From the NCBI RefSeq assembly GCF_009914755.1, contig NC_060943.1: a stretch of DNA of 64,000 nucleotides. One strand, 5' to 3'. This document shows, one piece after another, positions 28,991 to 46,939 of this stretch; the first letter of the stretch is position 1, and every line of letters starts with the position of its first letter. The position numbers and the translations under genes were made by a program. The notes under the pieces are model-generated. The model saw only the letters and a program-made list of their open reading frames with translations, had not been told where the DNA came from and made no database searches. Origin of the DNA: the human T2T-CHM13v2.0 reference genome, Homo sapiens.

Positions 28991-29282
28991 CAAAAACAAT
29001 CAGGAAAGAAACAGGAGTAGCAAGAAACAGCTATAGATTGCATGGTTCTTTCCTGACAAAATCAGTATGTTGAAATCCAGTCCCCAGTGTGATAGTATTT
29101 GGAAGTGGAGCATTTGGGAGATGATTAGGTGACAAGTACAGAGCCCTCATGAATGGGATTCGTGTCCTTACAAAGAAGCCCCAGAGAGCTCCCTTGTTCA
29201 TTTTACCATGTGAGGACACAGCACAAAGATTATGAACCAGGAAACAGGCCCTCACCAGACACAAAGCATGCCAGTGACTTGA

Positions 29283-29423
<141 letters not shown>

Positions 29424-30037
29424 TGAGTAGCTGGGACTACAGGCACCTACCACTACGCCTGGCTAATTTTTGTATTTTAGTAGAGATGGGGTTTCACCAT
29501 GTTGGCCAGGCTGGTCTCAAACACCTGACCTCAAGCCATCCACCCACCTTGGCCTCCCAAAGTGTTGGGATTACAGGCGTGAGCTATTGTGCCTGGACTA
29601 TGACTTGATCTTGGACTTCCCAGCCTCTAGAACTGTAAGAAATAAACTTCTTTTCTTTATTAAAAAAAAAAAAGGACAAAAAAAAGTTTAAAAAATGGGG
29701 CTTGTCTCCAAGTGAAATAAATAAATGGCCAGTGAGCACATGAAAAATCCTAGACATTATTAGCCATGAGGGAAGATGCAAATCAAAACCACAGTGAGGT
29801 ACCCCTTCAAATATATGAGGGTCACTGGAATAAAAAAGTAGTAAAACAATAATACCAAGTGTTGACAAGGATAGCAAGAGAATGGTGCCCTCATAAACTG
29901 CTGATGGGCATGCAACTGTTGCAGCTGCTGTGGAAAACAGTCTGGCAGTCCCTGGAATGGTTAAACGAAGAGCAGATGACACCGCAGTTCCATTCCTAGA
30001 TATGAAGCTAAGTGAAATGAAAATATATGTTCACAAA

Positions 30038-30268
30038 TGAGAACACATGGACACAGGGAGGGGAACATCACACACCGGGGCCTGTCGGGGGGGTGGGAGG
30101 CAAGGAGAGGGAGAGCATTAGGACAAATACCTAATGCATGCGGGGCTTAAAACCTAAATAACGGGTTGATAGTTGCAGCAAACCACCATGACACATGTAT
30201 ACCTATGTAACACATCTGCACATTCTGCACATGTATCCCAGAACTTAAAGTAAAATAAAATAAAACAA
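30038..30268 (+). mobile_element. 5'-truncated L1PA 3' end with a 19-bp TSD
   Basis: gaaaatatatgttcacaaa at 30019-30037 and 30269-30287. Confidence 0.9.
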
Positions 30269-30749
30269 GAAAATATATGTTCACAAAAATTTCTACATGA
30301 GTGTTTATAGCTGCATTATTCACAATGGTCAAAAGGTGGAAAGAACACAATTGCCTATTGTCATCGGTGGAATTGTGTCCCCTAAAAATACATGTTGATG
30401 TACTAACCTCCAGTTTCTCAGAATGTGACCTTATTTGTAAATAGGGCCATCACATATAATCAGGTTAACATGAGGTCATTGGGGTGGGTCTTATTCCAGT
30501 CTGGCTGGTGTCCTTATTGACACCAGAGGGAACGAGGGAGACACACAGGGAGAAGAAGGCCATATGTTGACTGTGGCAGGGACTGGAGCAATGCATCCAA
30601 AACCAAGAAATCCAAACCAAGAAATTCTAAGAATTATCAGCAAATACTAAAACTGGAAGAGTCAAGGAAGATTGATCTCCTACAGGTTTCAGAAAGAGCA
30701 TGGCTCTGCTAACACCTTGATTTTGAACTTCTAGCCTCCAGAACTATGA

Positions 30750-31102
<353 letters not shown>

Positions 31103-31440
31103 TAAGCCACTAAGTTTGTGGTACTTTGTTATATGTACCTAGGTTCCCAGGCAGCCCTAGGAAGCTAATAAACTCATCCCTGGATAAACTGATAAATATC
31201 CATACAACGCAATTTCGTTCAGCCACAAAGGGGAATGAAGTAGAACTTCATGCTATGACTAGCATGAACCCTTACAAAAGTGTTAGTGAAAGAAGCCAAT
31301 CAGAAAAGATCATATAATATATGACTCAATTTACATACAAGTCAAGAATAGAGAATCTAGGCCAGGCACAGTGGCTCACGCCTGTAATCTCAGCACTTTG
31401 AGAGGCCGAGGCGGGAGGATCATTTGAGGTCAGGAGTTCA

Positions 31441-31638
<198 letters not shown>

Positions 31639-32312
31639 CTAAAAAAAAAAAAGAGAGAGAAAGAAAAGAAAAGAAAAAAAGAATAGAGGATCTATAAAGA
31701 AAAGTAGATTCGTGGTTACTCAGGGCGGGGAATTGAGTGTGGGGGGAAAGCAGTAAGACAAAGGTATGAGGTTTCTTTTTGAGGTGATGAAAATGTTCTA
31801 AAATTGACCATGGTGGTGGTTGCAGTATTGATTAATACACCCAAACCCATTTAATTGTACACTTTATGATCTGTAAGTTATATCAATAAAGGCGTTTTTA
31901 ACAAGAAAAGAAACAGATAAAAAGAAAAAAAGCTCACAGTAAAGAAAATGTCCTCTCTGACTTATAGGTCTTGATTAGTTCTAGGAAGAAAATTGATTCA
32001 CCTAGTTTCTGAGAAATGTTTACTCTAATTAAATGAATTACTTCCAGGGAATAGCAGGAGTACCGATTCTCTCTAACCTGCCTCATACTTCCTGGTGTTA
32101 CCTAATCCACCTGGGCTTCCTCCATCACAGTCCTCCACATTCTACTCTGTGCTCCCTTCATCAGAGCTATGCTGGGCTATGCTGGGCTGTCACTGTGAGA
32201 GATGGAGCACTCTTCCCTGCTGGGCTGTGAGCCCTATGTGGTGAGTCACTGAGCTTTTCCTGGTCACCATTATGTCATTAGGTCCTTCTGTGGGCCCCTT
32301 GAAAGAACCTGA

Positions 32313-32525
<213 letters not shown>

Positions 32526-32694
32526 TAGTGAATTTTAGTATTTTTAGAAGAGACAGGCTATCACCATGTAGGCCAGGATGGTCTCAATCTCTTGACCTCA
32601 CGATCCGCCCTCCTTAGCCTCCCAGAGTGCTGGGAATACAGGCGTGAGCCACCGCACCAGCCTCTAGGAACTTTCTAATAGGCTCGCGTCATAA

Positions 32695-33116
<422 letters not shown>

Positions 33117-33760
33117 TGAAAAAAGGTTTTCACAGCTAAAAATGTTTGATGCCCATTGTACTGTGTACTTGTGAGGTGTGTTTGTAGCTCTGAGATGCTG
33201 TATTTATAGAAGGGGTGCCAAGGCTTTAATGATGTGGGTTTGTATGTTGGTGTCTGTGGTGGGCATAGGAATGTGCTACTTGAATCTTCATTCATGGAGA
33301 ACTTTCCAATCAGCTTCAATAAGGGCAGTGAGCTGAGAGTCTCCAGTTGCAGCACCATTAGGACCCACCTCAGCATGGAGCGGAACCCATGCTTTTCCAA
33401 GGAAGCCCCAGATAGTAATTAAGGACTCTTGGATCCAGGGCATAACCCTATCTGCCCAACATAAGCCATCCCCAACAGCATTTTTCTGTGGATTATGGGT
33501 CTGTTATCTCTGCCTGGTGGTCTTGGCCTGTCCCTGTCCAATCCTCCTTCCTTCCTTTCTTTCACAAGTATTGGATCTGCATCCTGGTCTGAAGACTTTT
33601 TCTGCTACTAGTGTCATCTGCTTCCTTTTTTGTCTTTCACATGCATTACCCTCCTCCCTCCAATAAAATGATGAACCCCTAACTCCATCTAAGTCTTAGC
33701 TTCCCAGAAGATGTAATTCCCAAAATGTACATAATGGTGCTTATTGTTTGTTTGTTTTGA

Positions 33761-33868
<108 letters not shown>

Positions 33869-33907
33869 TAGCTGGGATTACGGGGATGCACCATCACGCC
33901 TGGCTAA

Positions 33908-34150
<243 letters not shown>

Positions 34151-35518
34151 TGAAGGAGGTATTCATTCTTCCTCACCTCACCTTGAACCCTAAGGTTTTA
34201 ACATGTGGCTAGATATCTGGAACTCTTAATCATGAGGATGTGAGACAAAAACACAGACACAATCAGGAAATCATCTATAGTGGCATCAATGGGTCTAGAG
34301 TCCCATGGCAGTACCCAGGGGGTGGGTCAGGTGTTCAGTACCCAGGAGATGGGTGGTGTGGCAGCAGGTCCTACCGAATAGCTTTGAACATTACCTTGGC
34401 TGGTGGTCCCCTACCACAGCCTCTTTTTTCTACTCATATTCTTACGCTGTTTTTCCAGAATTGCTGTTAATTTTGTGAGCTAAACAATCACCTTCCAGTA
34501 GCTAACAGCCTTTCTATTTAAAATAACCAAAGTCACTTTATATTGCTTAAAAATAGGAACCCTGGCTGGGCGCAGTGGCTCACGCCTGTAATCCCAGCAC
34601 TTTGGGAGGCCGAGGCAAGTGGACCACCTGAGGTCAGGAGTTCGAGACCAGCCTGGCCAACATGGTGAAATCTCATTTCTACTGAAAATGCAAAAATTAG
34701 CTAGGCGTGGTTGTGCACGCCTGTACCCCAGCTACTTCAGGGGGCTGAAGCAGGAGAATCGCTTGAACCTGGGAGGCAGAGGTTGCAGTGAGCTGACTGT
34801 TATGGGTCCCGAGGTTCCCTGGAGGTGACAGGTTGAAGAAGTGATCAAAGATGAGGTGTGCACTCCTGCCTGAACTCCCACTTTCTCTCACACCCTATAT
34901 ACAATACCGTAGCAAACCCCACCATCTCAGGCAGTGAAATAGTTTTCAAATCTACCACCTCCTCCCCAGCTTCACTGCTGCTGCTGGGTCTGAGTCAACA
35001 TCACCAGTTGTAGTAGCCTGCTAATAGGTCTTTGCTTTCATATCCATCATATGATAGCTAGTGTGAGCCCATTAAAATATGTCAGTACATATCACCCTCT
35101 GCTCACCATCCCTCCAAAGACCTTGATCACTCTCAGGGTAAAAGCCAAAACCTCACCTTGGCCCACAAGACCCCACACAGTCTGGCCCCCATCGCCTCCC
35201 TGGCCTCGTTTCCTTCACTCCTACTCTGCCTCCCTCCTCCATGCCAGCTACACCTGCTCCCTGTGGATTCCTGGATGCACACAGCCTCCTGCCTTAGGAC
35301 TCTGCTGGTTTGTTTGTTTGTTTGTTTGCTTGCTTGCTTGTTTGTTTGTTTGTGACAGAGTCTCGCACTGTTGCCTGGGCTGGAGTGCAATGGCGTGATC
35401 ACAGCTCACTGAAACCTCTGCCTCCCAAGTTCAAGTGATTCTCCTGCCTCAGCCTCCCCAGTAGCTGGGATTACAGGCACCTGCCACCAGTCCCGGCTAA
35501 CTTTTGTATTTTTCTTAG

Positions 35519-35770
<252 letters not shown>

Positions 35771-37349
35771 TAGTTCACACCGTTCTCCTGCCTCAGCCTC
35801 CCAAGTAGTTGGGACTACAGCCGCCTGCCACCACAGCCAGCTAATTTTTTGTATTTTTAGTAGAGACGAGGTTTCACTGTGTTAGCCAGGATGGTCTTGA
35901 TCTCCTGACCTCGTGATCCGCCCACCTCCCAAAGTGCTGGGATTACAGGCGTGAACCACCGCACCGCGCCTGGCCACTGCTGTTGGTTAATCATTCTGTC
36001 AGGAACACTCCCTTCCCAGATATCTTCATAGCTTGCTGCTCCACCACCTTGTGAAAACACCCCTAACCATCCATTTAAATTCCAATCACAGAATGCATAT
36101 CCCACTTACCAGCCTTGCTTTTCTAATGCAGTATGTCATTTGCATATTTGTTTCATGTATGCTTTATTGTCCACCTTCCTTACTAGAATGTTAGCTCCCT
36201 GATGGCGGAGTTTTTGTCTGTTTTGCTTACTGATGGATCCCAAGTCCCTGAAGACTACGCTGGCACTTGTTGGGTATTCAGTAAATATTGCCTGAATAAA
36301 TGAAAAAGAGGGAACGTTTCTGTCAGTTAATGGAGTTTGGAAACGGAATGATAGAAGGTGGGAACAACTGAGCTATCCTCAAAAATGGAGTGGAGAGAGC
36401 AAGCATGGTGGCTCACACCTGTAATCCCAGCACTTTGGGAGGCTAAGGTGGGCAGATCGCTTGAGGCCAGGATTTCGAGACCAGCCTGGGCAAATGGTGA
36501 AAACCCATCTCTACTAAAATTACAAAAATTAGCCAGGTGCAGTGGCACGTGCCTGTAATCTCAGCTACTCGGGAGGCCGAGGCACAAAAATCACTTGAAC
36601 CCGGGAGGTGGAGGTTGCAGTGAGCCTAGATGGTGCCACTGCACTCCAGCCTGGGCCACAGAGTGAGACTCCATCTCCAAACAAACAAACGGACTGGGGA
36701 GTATTTGGAATTGGGAGTTGTGCTGAGAGCAACTGGAAAGGAAGATTAGAAGAAGAGATGATGGCGGAGAAAGGTAAGGAGCAAGATGGGTGAGGATGGG
36801 GCATTTTACCCAGGGGAAGTCACTGGAGAGCAGCTGGCAGAAACTATAACTAATAACAAGTCAAGAAAGACATTTCAAACTGTTGGCTGTGCCCTACATC
36901 GCTGTCACACACAATACACAATAAACTTGCTATGCTCAACAGACTTGAGGTCTTTGTTCACTTTTCGGGGGCTGGTGGAAATGAGAACCAAAGAGAAAGG
37001 ATTTTAGACTACATTTTGGTCAAAATCAGAGCACACACAAAAAGGGACAATATGAAGACACAGGGACTGCAGTAATAATTTGATGCAGCCAGAAACCTAA
37101 GCAACGGTGACCATGTGACCATGAAACCTGCAGGCAGAGGTGCAAATCTTGCACAGGGCGTTGCTCTTCTACGGCAGGGGAAGACACGCAGCTGTACCTT
37201 CTCAGGTGACCCTGGCTGACTCTGTAATCATAGTGCCTCCTCTTAGGGATGCTTGAGGATTAGTAAGATGAGGAAGAGGGGGTGCTCCTGAACACGAGAG
37301 GAGAGCTGCGTTCTTCACCGCTTCCTCCTTGCCCCGCAGGAGGTGTAGC

Positions 37350-37531
37350 TCAGCGGGCCACAAGACAGAGCTCGTAGGTCGGGGGGATGTTGCCAAAGCC
37401 TGAGAGCTTGGGGGTGATATCGATGTCCACAGGCGGCACCAGCGAGTGTAGAGAGAAGTTCTGAAGGGTGGAGGTGAAGTAGAGAAAGAGTTCCATGCGG
37501 TCCATGGCCTCGCCCAGGCAGATGCGCTTTC
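37350..37531 (-). pseudogene. CYP2G2P: CYP2G2P exon 9 (heme Cys439)
   Basis: [59 protein letters not shown]. Confidence 0.95.
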
Positions 37532-38031
37532 CTGGAGGCACAGGGGAGGGCAGAAGGAAGGGTCGCACCTGCACAGGTCATGGGGATGTCGGGGTGTCTG
37601 GACTGACCACCCCACTGAGCCTCAGCTGCCTCATCGGCACCTCAGGGCTCATGACTGTGACTGCTTTATAAAGGGGTGTTACACAGGCTTAGTGGGTACC
37701 TATAGTTAGTGCTCAGCTAGGACCTGCTACTTCTCTGATGGCTGGGATTCCATCTCGTTCCAAGAGGGAATGGTTCTATAGGATCCATGAGTTTCAAGGT
37801 TGTGTTCATTTCAGTTCCTCAAGGGTTTGTCAAATGCCTATTAGGTGCCAGACACTGGTGACAAAAAAAGTGAAAACTCACCCTTAATAACACTTACTGT
37901 TTGTAAGCCACTCTTCCAATTGTTTGGAGGCATTAATCCCTGTTTCACAGATGGGAGCTGAAGTGACTCACCCAAGGCTCCACCATTTCTAAATGGTGGA
38001 GTGGAGTCCAGATTCCCAACCACTGTCCTGA

Positions 38032-38375
<344 letters not shown>

Positions 38376-38924
38376 TAAAATGTTGCTGCATAAAGATTTT
38401 ATGACATGAGTAGGCAAATGACTGTCTGTTGGGCAAATTTGCCCTGCTGCTTGTGTTCATACAGCCTGCAAACTATGAATGCTTTTGGCATTTTAAAATG
38501 GTTGGGGAAAAAAGACTCTTTTGTGTTATATGAAGATAAAACAAAATTCAAATTTCAGTGTCCGTAAACAGTTTTTCAGGCTCACATGCACACTCATTCA
38601 TTTATATATTGTCTATGGCTGCTTTCATAGATCAATGGCAAAGGTTCAGAGACTATCTGGCTGGAAAAATAGAAAATATGTCTTATTTTGTTCTTAACAG
38701 CCAGTTGGTTTATGCCCTGTTTAGTGCTATTACTGAGCCAACTTTTTTTTCTAATTATCAGAGTCAATCGTTCTAATATTTACTAATTCTGGGATTCTAA
38801 AATGTTGTGTGGTTCTATGATATAACCTTCAAATTCACATTGTGACTTGAACTTCAAATACAGACCAGTGGCTGGGGGGTGGATTTAGCACATGCCTGGA
38901 GGAAGTCAGACCAGAGAAACCTAC

Positions 38925-39066
38925 CAGAGGAAAAAGGCACAAAGGCTTCATTCTTCTTGAAGCGGCCCTGCTCATCCAGAAAGTGCTGGGGATAGAAGGC
39001 ATCTGGGTAGCGGAAGTATTTGGGGTCTTTGAGGACAGAGCCAAGCAGGGGAAATACATCTGTGCC
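38925..39066 (-). pseudogene. CYP2G2P: CYP2G2P exon 8
   Basis: [47 protein letters not shown]|gtagg. Confidence 0.95.
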
Positions 39067-39111
39067 CTGGGGTGAAAATGGGGGCAGTTAGGAGAAATCA
39101 GTGTTGGGCTA

Positions 39112-39666
<555 letters not shown>

Positions 39667-40085
39667 TAATTTTTGTACTTTTAATAGAGATGGGGTTTCA
39701 CCATGCTGGTCAAGCTGATCTCGAACTCCTGACCTCGTGATCCACCCACCTTGGCCTCCCAAAGTGCTGAGATTATAGGTGTGAGCCACCGCACCTGGCC
39801 TGTTTGGTCGCTTCTTTAACTTAACAACTGACACACTGGTGATGCTCAATTACTCATCAGACATCGGGAGACAGGCAGCTTGGAGTCTTGAACGCTGCCA
39901 GGACATTTGGTCTTTACTTAAAAGCACCAAAAAGCCATGGTCCCAGCTTGGCTCTCATACATGGGTTTTTTACAAAATGGGAAAGAGGCATGCTAGGTGA
40001 CTAGGACAGGGTTGACACAAATGACAAGCGGTTATGTGACTGATTAAGATCACCACTGGTAGAGTTACTCCTCTTCGCATTTTAG

Positions 40086-40347
<262 letters not shown>

Positions 40348-40596
40348 TGATCCGCCTGCCTCGGCCTCCTAAAGTGCTGGAATTACAGGCGTGAGCCACC
40401 GCACCTGGCCTGTGTGACTTCACCTCTGAACTTGTGTTTCATCATCTTCAAAATGAGTGTGATAGTTGGACAAGGTCATAGAGTTGTAAACATTACATAA
40501 AGTCTGGTGTACAAGGAACTAGGACAGTGCTTGGCACACAGAAGCATCCAATAAATATTGATTTGATATTTTTTCTTTCTTTTTTTTTTTTTTTAG

Positions 40597-40854
<258 letters not shown>

Positions 40855-42102
40855 TGAGCCACCGCACCCAGCCTGATTATTTAGACCAGTGAAAGACAAC
40901 TCAGACAATGGAGGTGACACTAGAAACATTTGAGTGGATGTGTGTTAGCATCTCTCATCTGCACCAGGAGAAATTCTTTGGCTTGTTTTGAATTGCATTA
41001 TTAAGGAGAGGGGCCAAAATTGGGAATTTTCCTTAAGCAAGTAGTGAGTTCCTCATTACTGAAGTTACCCAAATGGACCAGATCATAATTTATTGGAGAC
41101 AGATTCTATTTAACTTTGGCAGGGCGGTTGGCTCAATAATGGCCATCAAAGATAACCACCTCCAAGTCTCTAAAACCTAATGCCTGGAAGGCTATATATA
41201 TAAGGGTAACAAAAACACAAGAGAGACTTTGAAAATGCCAGTAAATTAAGAATCTTGAGATGAAAAGATTAGCCTGGGTTGTTGAGATTCGCCCTCAATA
41301 TAATATCGTGTGTCTGTATAAGAGAGAAGTGGGAGAATCAGAGTTAGAAAAAAAAATGTGAGGCTGGGCACAGCGGCTCACACCTGTAATCCCAGCATTT
41401 TGGAGGCCAAGGCAGGTGAGTTACCTGAGGTCAGGAGTTTGAGACCAGCCTGGCCAAGATGGTGAAACCCTGTCTCTACTAAAACTACAAAATTAGTTGG
41501 GCATGGGGTGGCACACACCTGTAATCCCAGCTATTTGGGAGGCTAAGGCAGGAGAATCGCTTGAACCCAGGAGGCAGAGGTTGCATGAGCTGAGATCACG
41601 CCACTGCACCGCAGCCTGGGCAACAGAGGAAGACTCTGTCTCCAAAAACAAAGAAAAAGAATAAAAGATGTGATGGATGCCAGAAGTAAACAGAGGTTTG
41701 AAGCAGCTATGCTGCTGGCTTTGAAGATGGAGGACAGAGTCGTGAACCCAGGATTACAAGGAGTACAGCTTTAACACCCGGAAAAGGCAGAGAATCAGAT
41801 AGTCCGTTGGTGTCAGCTAGTGAAAGCCTATTTGAACTTCTGAAATTCAGAACAGAAGGATAATACATTTGTGTTGTTTTAGACGACTAAGTTCCTGGTA
41901 ATTTGTTACAGCAGCCACAGGCCGCAGACACCAAGTAGAAGATTAAGTTAAATCACCCCGCAAAGTTGGGGATTTCATGTTTCAAGTCCTGAAGTTCTAA
42001 AGGGTGAAGAGCCTGAGGCCGTGGGATTCTAAATTTTCAAGATGATGTCTTCTTTATGTTGGGAGGGGGAGGTACCAGATAGGCAGCTCAGGGTGGACTC
42101 AC

Positions 42103-42244
42103 CTTCCACTTCAGGATGCTTCATTAACAGCAAGAATCCATAGCGCAGTGTAGAGCTCACCGTCTCCGTGCCAGCAAAGAAGAGGTTCAGAGTGGTGAGG
42201 ACCAAGTTCTTGAGGTTGAATTCTGTACGAGGATTATTTTTATC
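42103..42244 (-). pseudogene. CYP2G2P: CYP2G2P exon 6 (I-helix AGTET)
   Basis: [47 protein letters not shown]|gtgagt. Confidence 0.95.
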
Positions 42245-42312
42245 CTGAAAGTGAGGGGATTGTGAATGGAATCACTCTCTTCTGTCTTTATTGTCTTTTT
42301 TTTTTTTTTTGA

Positions 42313-42540
<228 letters not shown>

Positions 42541-42824
42541 TGATAGGCCCACCTTGGCCTCCCAAAGTGCTGGGATTACAGGCGTGAGCCACTGCGCCTG
42601 GCCTATTGTGTTATTTTCTCATTGGCTTTATTGTCTATTGTATAGGGAGACAACAGGTGGGTAAACCAAGCGTGTCTGGGAGAGGACACAGTCAGAACAA
42701 AGGTCCTGCGGCAGGAACGTGCCTGATGTGTTAGAGGAACAGCAAGGCAGAAGCTGGGATGAATGAGATGAAGTGAACAATAGGGAGGATGGGAGGAGAA
42801 GAATGTAGGATGCCTTGTAATATT

Positions 42825-43214
42825 TGAACATGTAGGGATAGTAGTGTATAGAATTTAAATTTCCAAAGGCAAAGATTCAATACTATAAAAATATAAATTT
42901 ACAAATGTATAAAACTCTAAGAAATGATGATACAGAAGTATTAACCTTCTAAATTTCTATAGAAATGTAGAAATAGATATATATATATCTATAGAGATAT
43001 AGAAATAGAGATATATCTCTATACAGACATAGAATTAGAGATATATCTCTATACAGATATAGAATTAGAGATATATCTGTATACAAATTCAGAAGATTAA
43101 TACTTCTGTATCATCATTTCTTAGAGTTTTATACATTTGTAAATTTATATTTTTATGTTATTGAACCTTTAATTTAAATTTAAACTCTATGCCCTACTGT
43201 CCCTACACGTTCAC
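42825..43214. repeat. AT-rich inverted repeat (perfect 60-bp core) around a 30-bp minisatellite spacer
   Basis: 42885-42944 is the exact reverse complement of 43097-43156; the spacer 42961-43080 is about 4 x 30-bp units. Confidence 0.92.
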
Positions 43215-43590
43215 ATCTTTTAACTTTAACTTAAATGTTTAACTTAAATGTTAACTTAAATTTTAAACTTCAGAAAAGTTCTACATTTCTGAAATTCTAA
43301 GACTCAAAACTACAGTTGTAACTCTCTGGAATGTATAAGCTGTAAGATTTTAAGTTTCCAAGTTCCTAAATTTTCCAAATTCCTAAAATTTCTAGATTCA
43401 AAATCTGTTTTAAAGCTGTAACAGTTTATACTTTTACAGTTTCTATATTCATCTATAGATAAAAGTAAATGCTGTGAAATAATGCTTGTTTTGTTTTGTT
43501 TTGTCCTCAATGCTTGCAGATTGGTTGAAAGTTGCAGCGACTAGAGGTTGAGAAGTGAGAGGGAAGGACCAGGGGAAGAAGAGGAGGTAC

Positions 43591-43767
43591 CTGGTGCATC
43601 TTGATGAGAAAGCAGTCAATGAAGTCCCGAGGGTTTTGGGGGTCAAAGGATGCTTCGTTGATCTTGACCCTGGAGGCAATGAAGTCCTTGAGCTCTTCTA
43701 CCAAGTAGTAGATGAGATTGTGTCTTCCTGGCAAATACTGCATGATTCCAGAGTACATGTCATATAG
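43591..43767 (-). pseudogene. CYP2G2P: CYP2G2P exon 5
   Basis: LYDMYSGIMQYLPGRHNLIYYLVEELKDFIASRVKINEASFDPQNPRDFIDCFLIKMHQ|gtacct. Confidence 0.95.
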
Positions 43768-43920
43768 CTGTGGGAATAGGCAAGGGGTCTTTGTCAGTGA
43801 TGGGCTCCAGGGGCCAGCATGGGCTGAGTCTGGAGTTGGACAGCTGGACTCAAAGTGCAGTGCTGGGTCTAAGAATCAGGTGAGGCCCTTTTGCTTCCCA
43901 GAAGTTGGGTCCTATTGAGA

Positions 43921-44247
43921 CAGTAGTTCCCCCTTAACCCTGGTTTACCTTCCACCATTTCAGTTACGTGCAGTCAACTGCAGTCTAAAAATATCACATA
44001 TAATAAGATATTTCGAGAGAGAAAGAGTACATTCACACAACTGTTGTTAGAATATATTGTTATAATTGTTCTATTTTATTACTTATGAATGCCAGTCTCT
44101 TACTGCACTCAATTTATAAATTGAATTTTGTCATGATACGTATATATGAGAAAAACTTAGTATCTACAGAATTGGGTACTATCCATGGTTTGAGGCATCC
44201 ACCGGGGGTCTTGAACATATCCTCCAGCCATGAGGGGGAACTACTGT
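43921..44247. mobile_element. MER2/Tigger2-family MITE in CYP2G2P intron 4
   Basis: TIRs cagtagttccccctta ... tgagggggaactactg, followed by TA. Confidence 0.75.
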
Positions 44248-44346
44248 ACTCACCTCCCAGGGGTGTGGGGAGGATCAAGTGGGGTATAGGAAGGTGCTTA
44301 GTTAACTGGGGTTGGTGCATGGACAGAGAGGTGGTGGGGTGGGCAC

Positions 44347-44507
44347 CTGTGCCCAGGGAGTGCTCATCTCAATGAAACTCTCATTGATCAACCGCAGCAG
44401 ATTCAGGAACTGCTTGTCCTCATAGTCGAAGCGACTTCTGAAGACAACGGAACTGATGACGTTGGAAACGGTGCGGCTCAGCAAGAAGATGGGGTCGATG
44501 GGGGCAC
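44347..44507 (-). pseudogene. CYP2G2P: CYP2G2P exon 4
   Basis: APIDPIFLLSRTVSNVISSVVFRSRFDYEDKQFLNLLRLINESFIEMSTPWAQ|gtgccc. Confidence 0.95.
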
Positions 44508-44945
44508 CTGGGCAGTAGAAATTGTTTATGTTGGAGGCAATGATCATGAATATGGGGTGTGGAGTCACAGTGATGCATCTGAGTCCCAGCTCTACTACTT
44601 AATTGCATGTGTGAGCCACTTTATTTTTGTGTTTTGAGTCTAGATTGACCAATCTGCAAATTGGTTTGGGAACCGTTTCATTCACTCATGAGGATTCATT
44701 ATCATTATCCATATAAAATAATTAGCACAATGCCTGGCATACAGTAAGCACTCAAGAAAAGCTAGTTGAGCTTAATCATTATTTTTTATTATTATTACTT
44801 AAATGTGTTGTTGTTAGAGACTCACATATTTGGGGAAAAGTGGGATAAGGGACACATTATAAAAGTTCCTGAATTCTGTCTAGCTCTACTGATGATTCCA
44901 TTTGGGCAATTAGAAAAATCCTTCCCAGCCAGGTGCAGTGGCTCA

Positions 44946-45254
<309 letters not shown>

Positions 45255-46157
45255 CTACACCTTCTGTAAAACAAGATCAGTAGATCTGGGAAGAATTTCT
45301 CTAGAATAATGCACATATTCATAAATACACAATTTTATGAAAATTTCTGGGGTACATGGGCATTTGAAGCTTTTATGTAGACCTGTTAATCACCCATGTA
45401 GACCAGGCAAGGCGCCTTGGATGTAGAGGAAATGTGTCTCTATTTCTACCTCTTATCTATTTTTCTGGTTTTTTTTCAGCCTCTCTGTCTTTTCTCTATA
45501 GACCCCAGTGTTTCTAGACCTTATTTTTTGGTGGGACTGAACTCCTTTTAAAACATAATAAAATGAGTATAGGGTTTCAGATTTGCAAGATAAAAATGTT
45601 CAAAAGATTTTTTTCACAACATGAATATACTTAACACTACTGAACTGGACACTTAAAATGATGAATATGGTAACTTTTATATTATGTATTTTTTACCATA
45701 ATACGGATATACAAATGTAATGAAATTTGAGCCTGTCTTCAAGAAAAATCACAAAGTCACATGTCACCAAAATCTGCATAGGATATCAAGAGCTCACAGA
45801 CAGCCTGAGATCCACTGATTAAAGTTTCTAGTAAGTGGTCTCTGAGGGTCTTCCATGTTAACTGGTTTTTTTTATTTTTGAGACAGTCTCACTGTGTCTT
45901 TCATACTGAAGTGCAGTGGCATGATCATAGCTCACTGCAGCCTTGAACTCCTGGGCTCAAGCAACCTCCAGCCTCAGCCCCACAGGTGGCTGACACTACA
46001 GGCATGTGCCACCATGCCCAGCTCATGTAAACTCTTAATATGGAAGCTGCCAGAAATCTTAGTGGATTCTTAATATTTTCCCTCTTCTTCCTTTCCAGAC
46101 CTTTCTCCCACCAAAGCTCATCCTCTCATGACTGAGAGCTCCATAACCACCCAGTCA

Positions 46158-46339
<182 letters not shown>

Positions 46340-46939
46340 CTGCCAAGATCTCAGTCTCAGGCTTCTGCCTCCCTCCCCTTGCTGTGTTCAACTCTGTACT
46401 AGACAGTGATGGGGACAGATTATGAAAGCTCTAGACTCTGCTGTCAAGGAAGCCATTCTCAACCTTCAAGGCTCAATCAAGAGAGTAAGGTTCTCTCTCT
46501 GCAGGATCCTCAAAAAAAAAAAAAAAAAAAAAAGTCCAGACTGAGGTGGAGGAAAAGGGAATCAGTGTAGGAATGATAGGAGGAGATCAAAGAGTGTTTC
46601 TTACAGGAAGGAGAGGTGGAACTGGAAAAATAAATAAATAACTGAGTGAATGCATAGGAAGGTGGAAGGTGGAGGGATGTATGGACAGAGTGCCATATAG
46701 AGTGCCCTGGAATGGGGATATTAATTCTATTTTCTATGTAATACTTGGATTCTCTGAACGTACACATATGTGTACACAGAAGCTCACACTTGTACATCGA
46801 TATACCTACAGAAAAGGAGTTATCATGTAGTAAGACACATTTAGAAATTACTAAATGTGTGGACTGATGAGAGTCTTAAACCAATTCACTAGATCTAATG
46901 AAATTATTTTGCTTTATTGATGAATGGAAGGAAGAGTTT

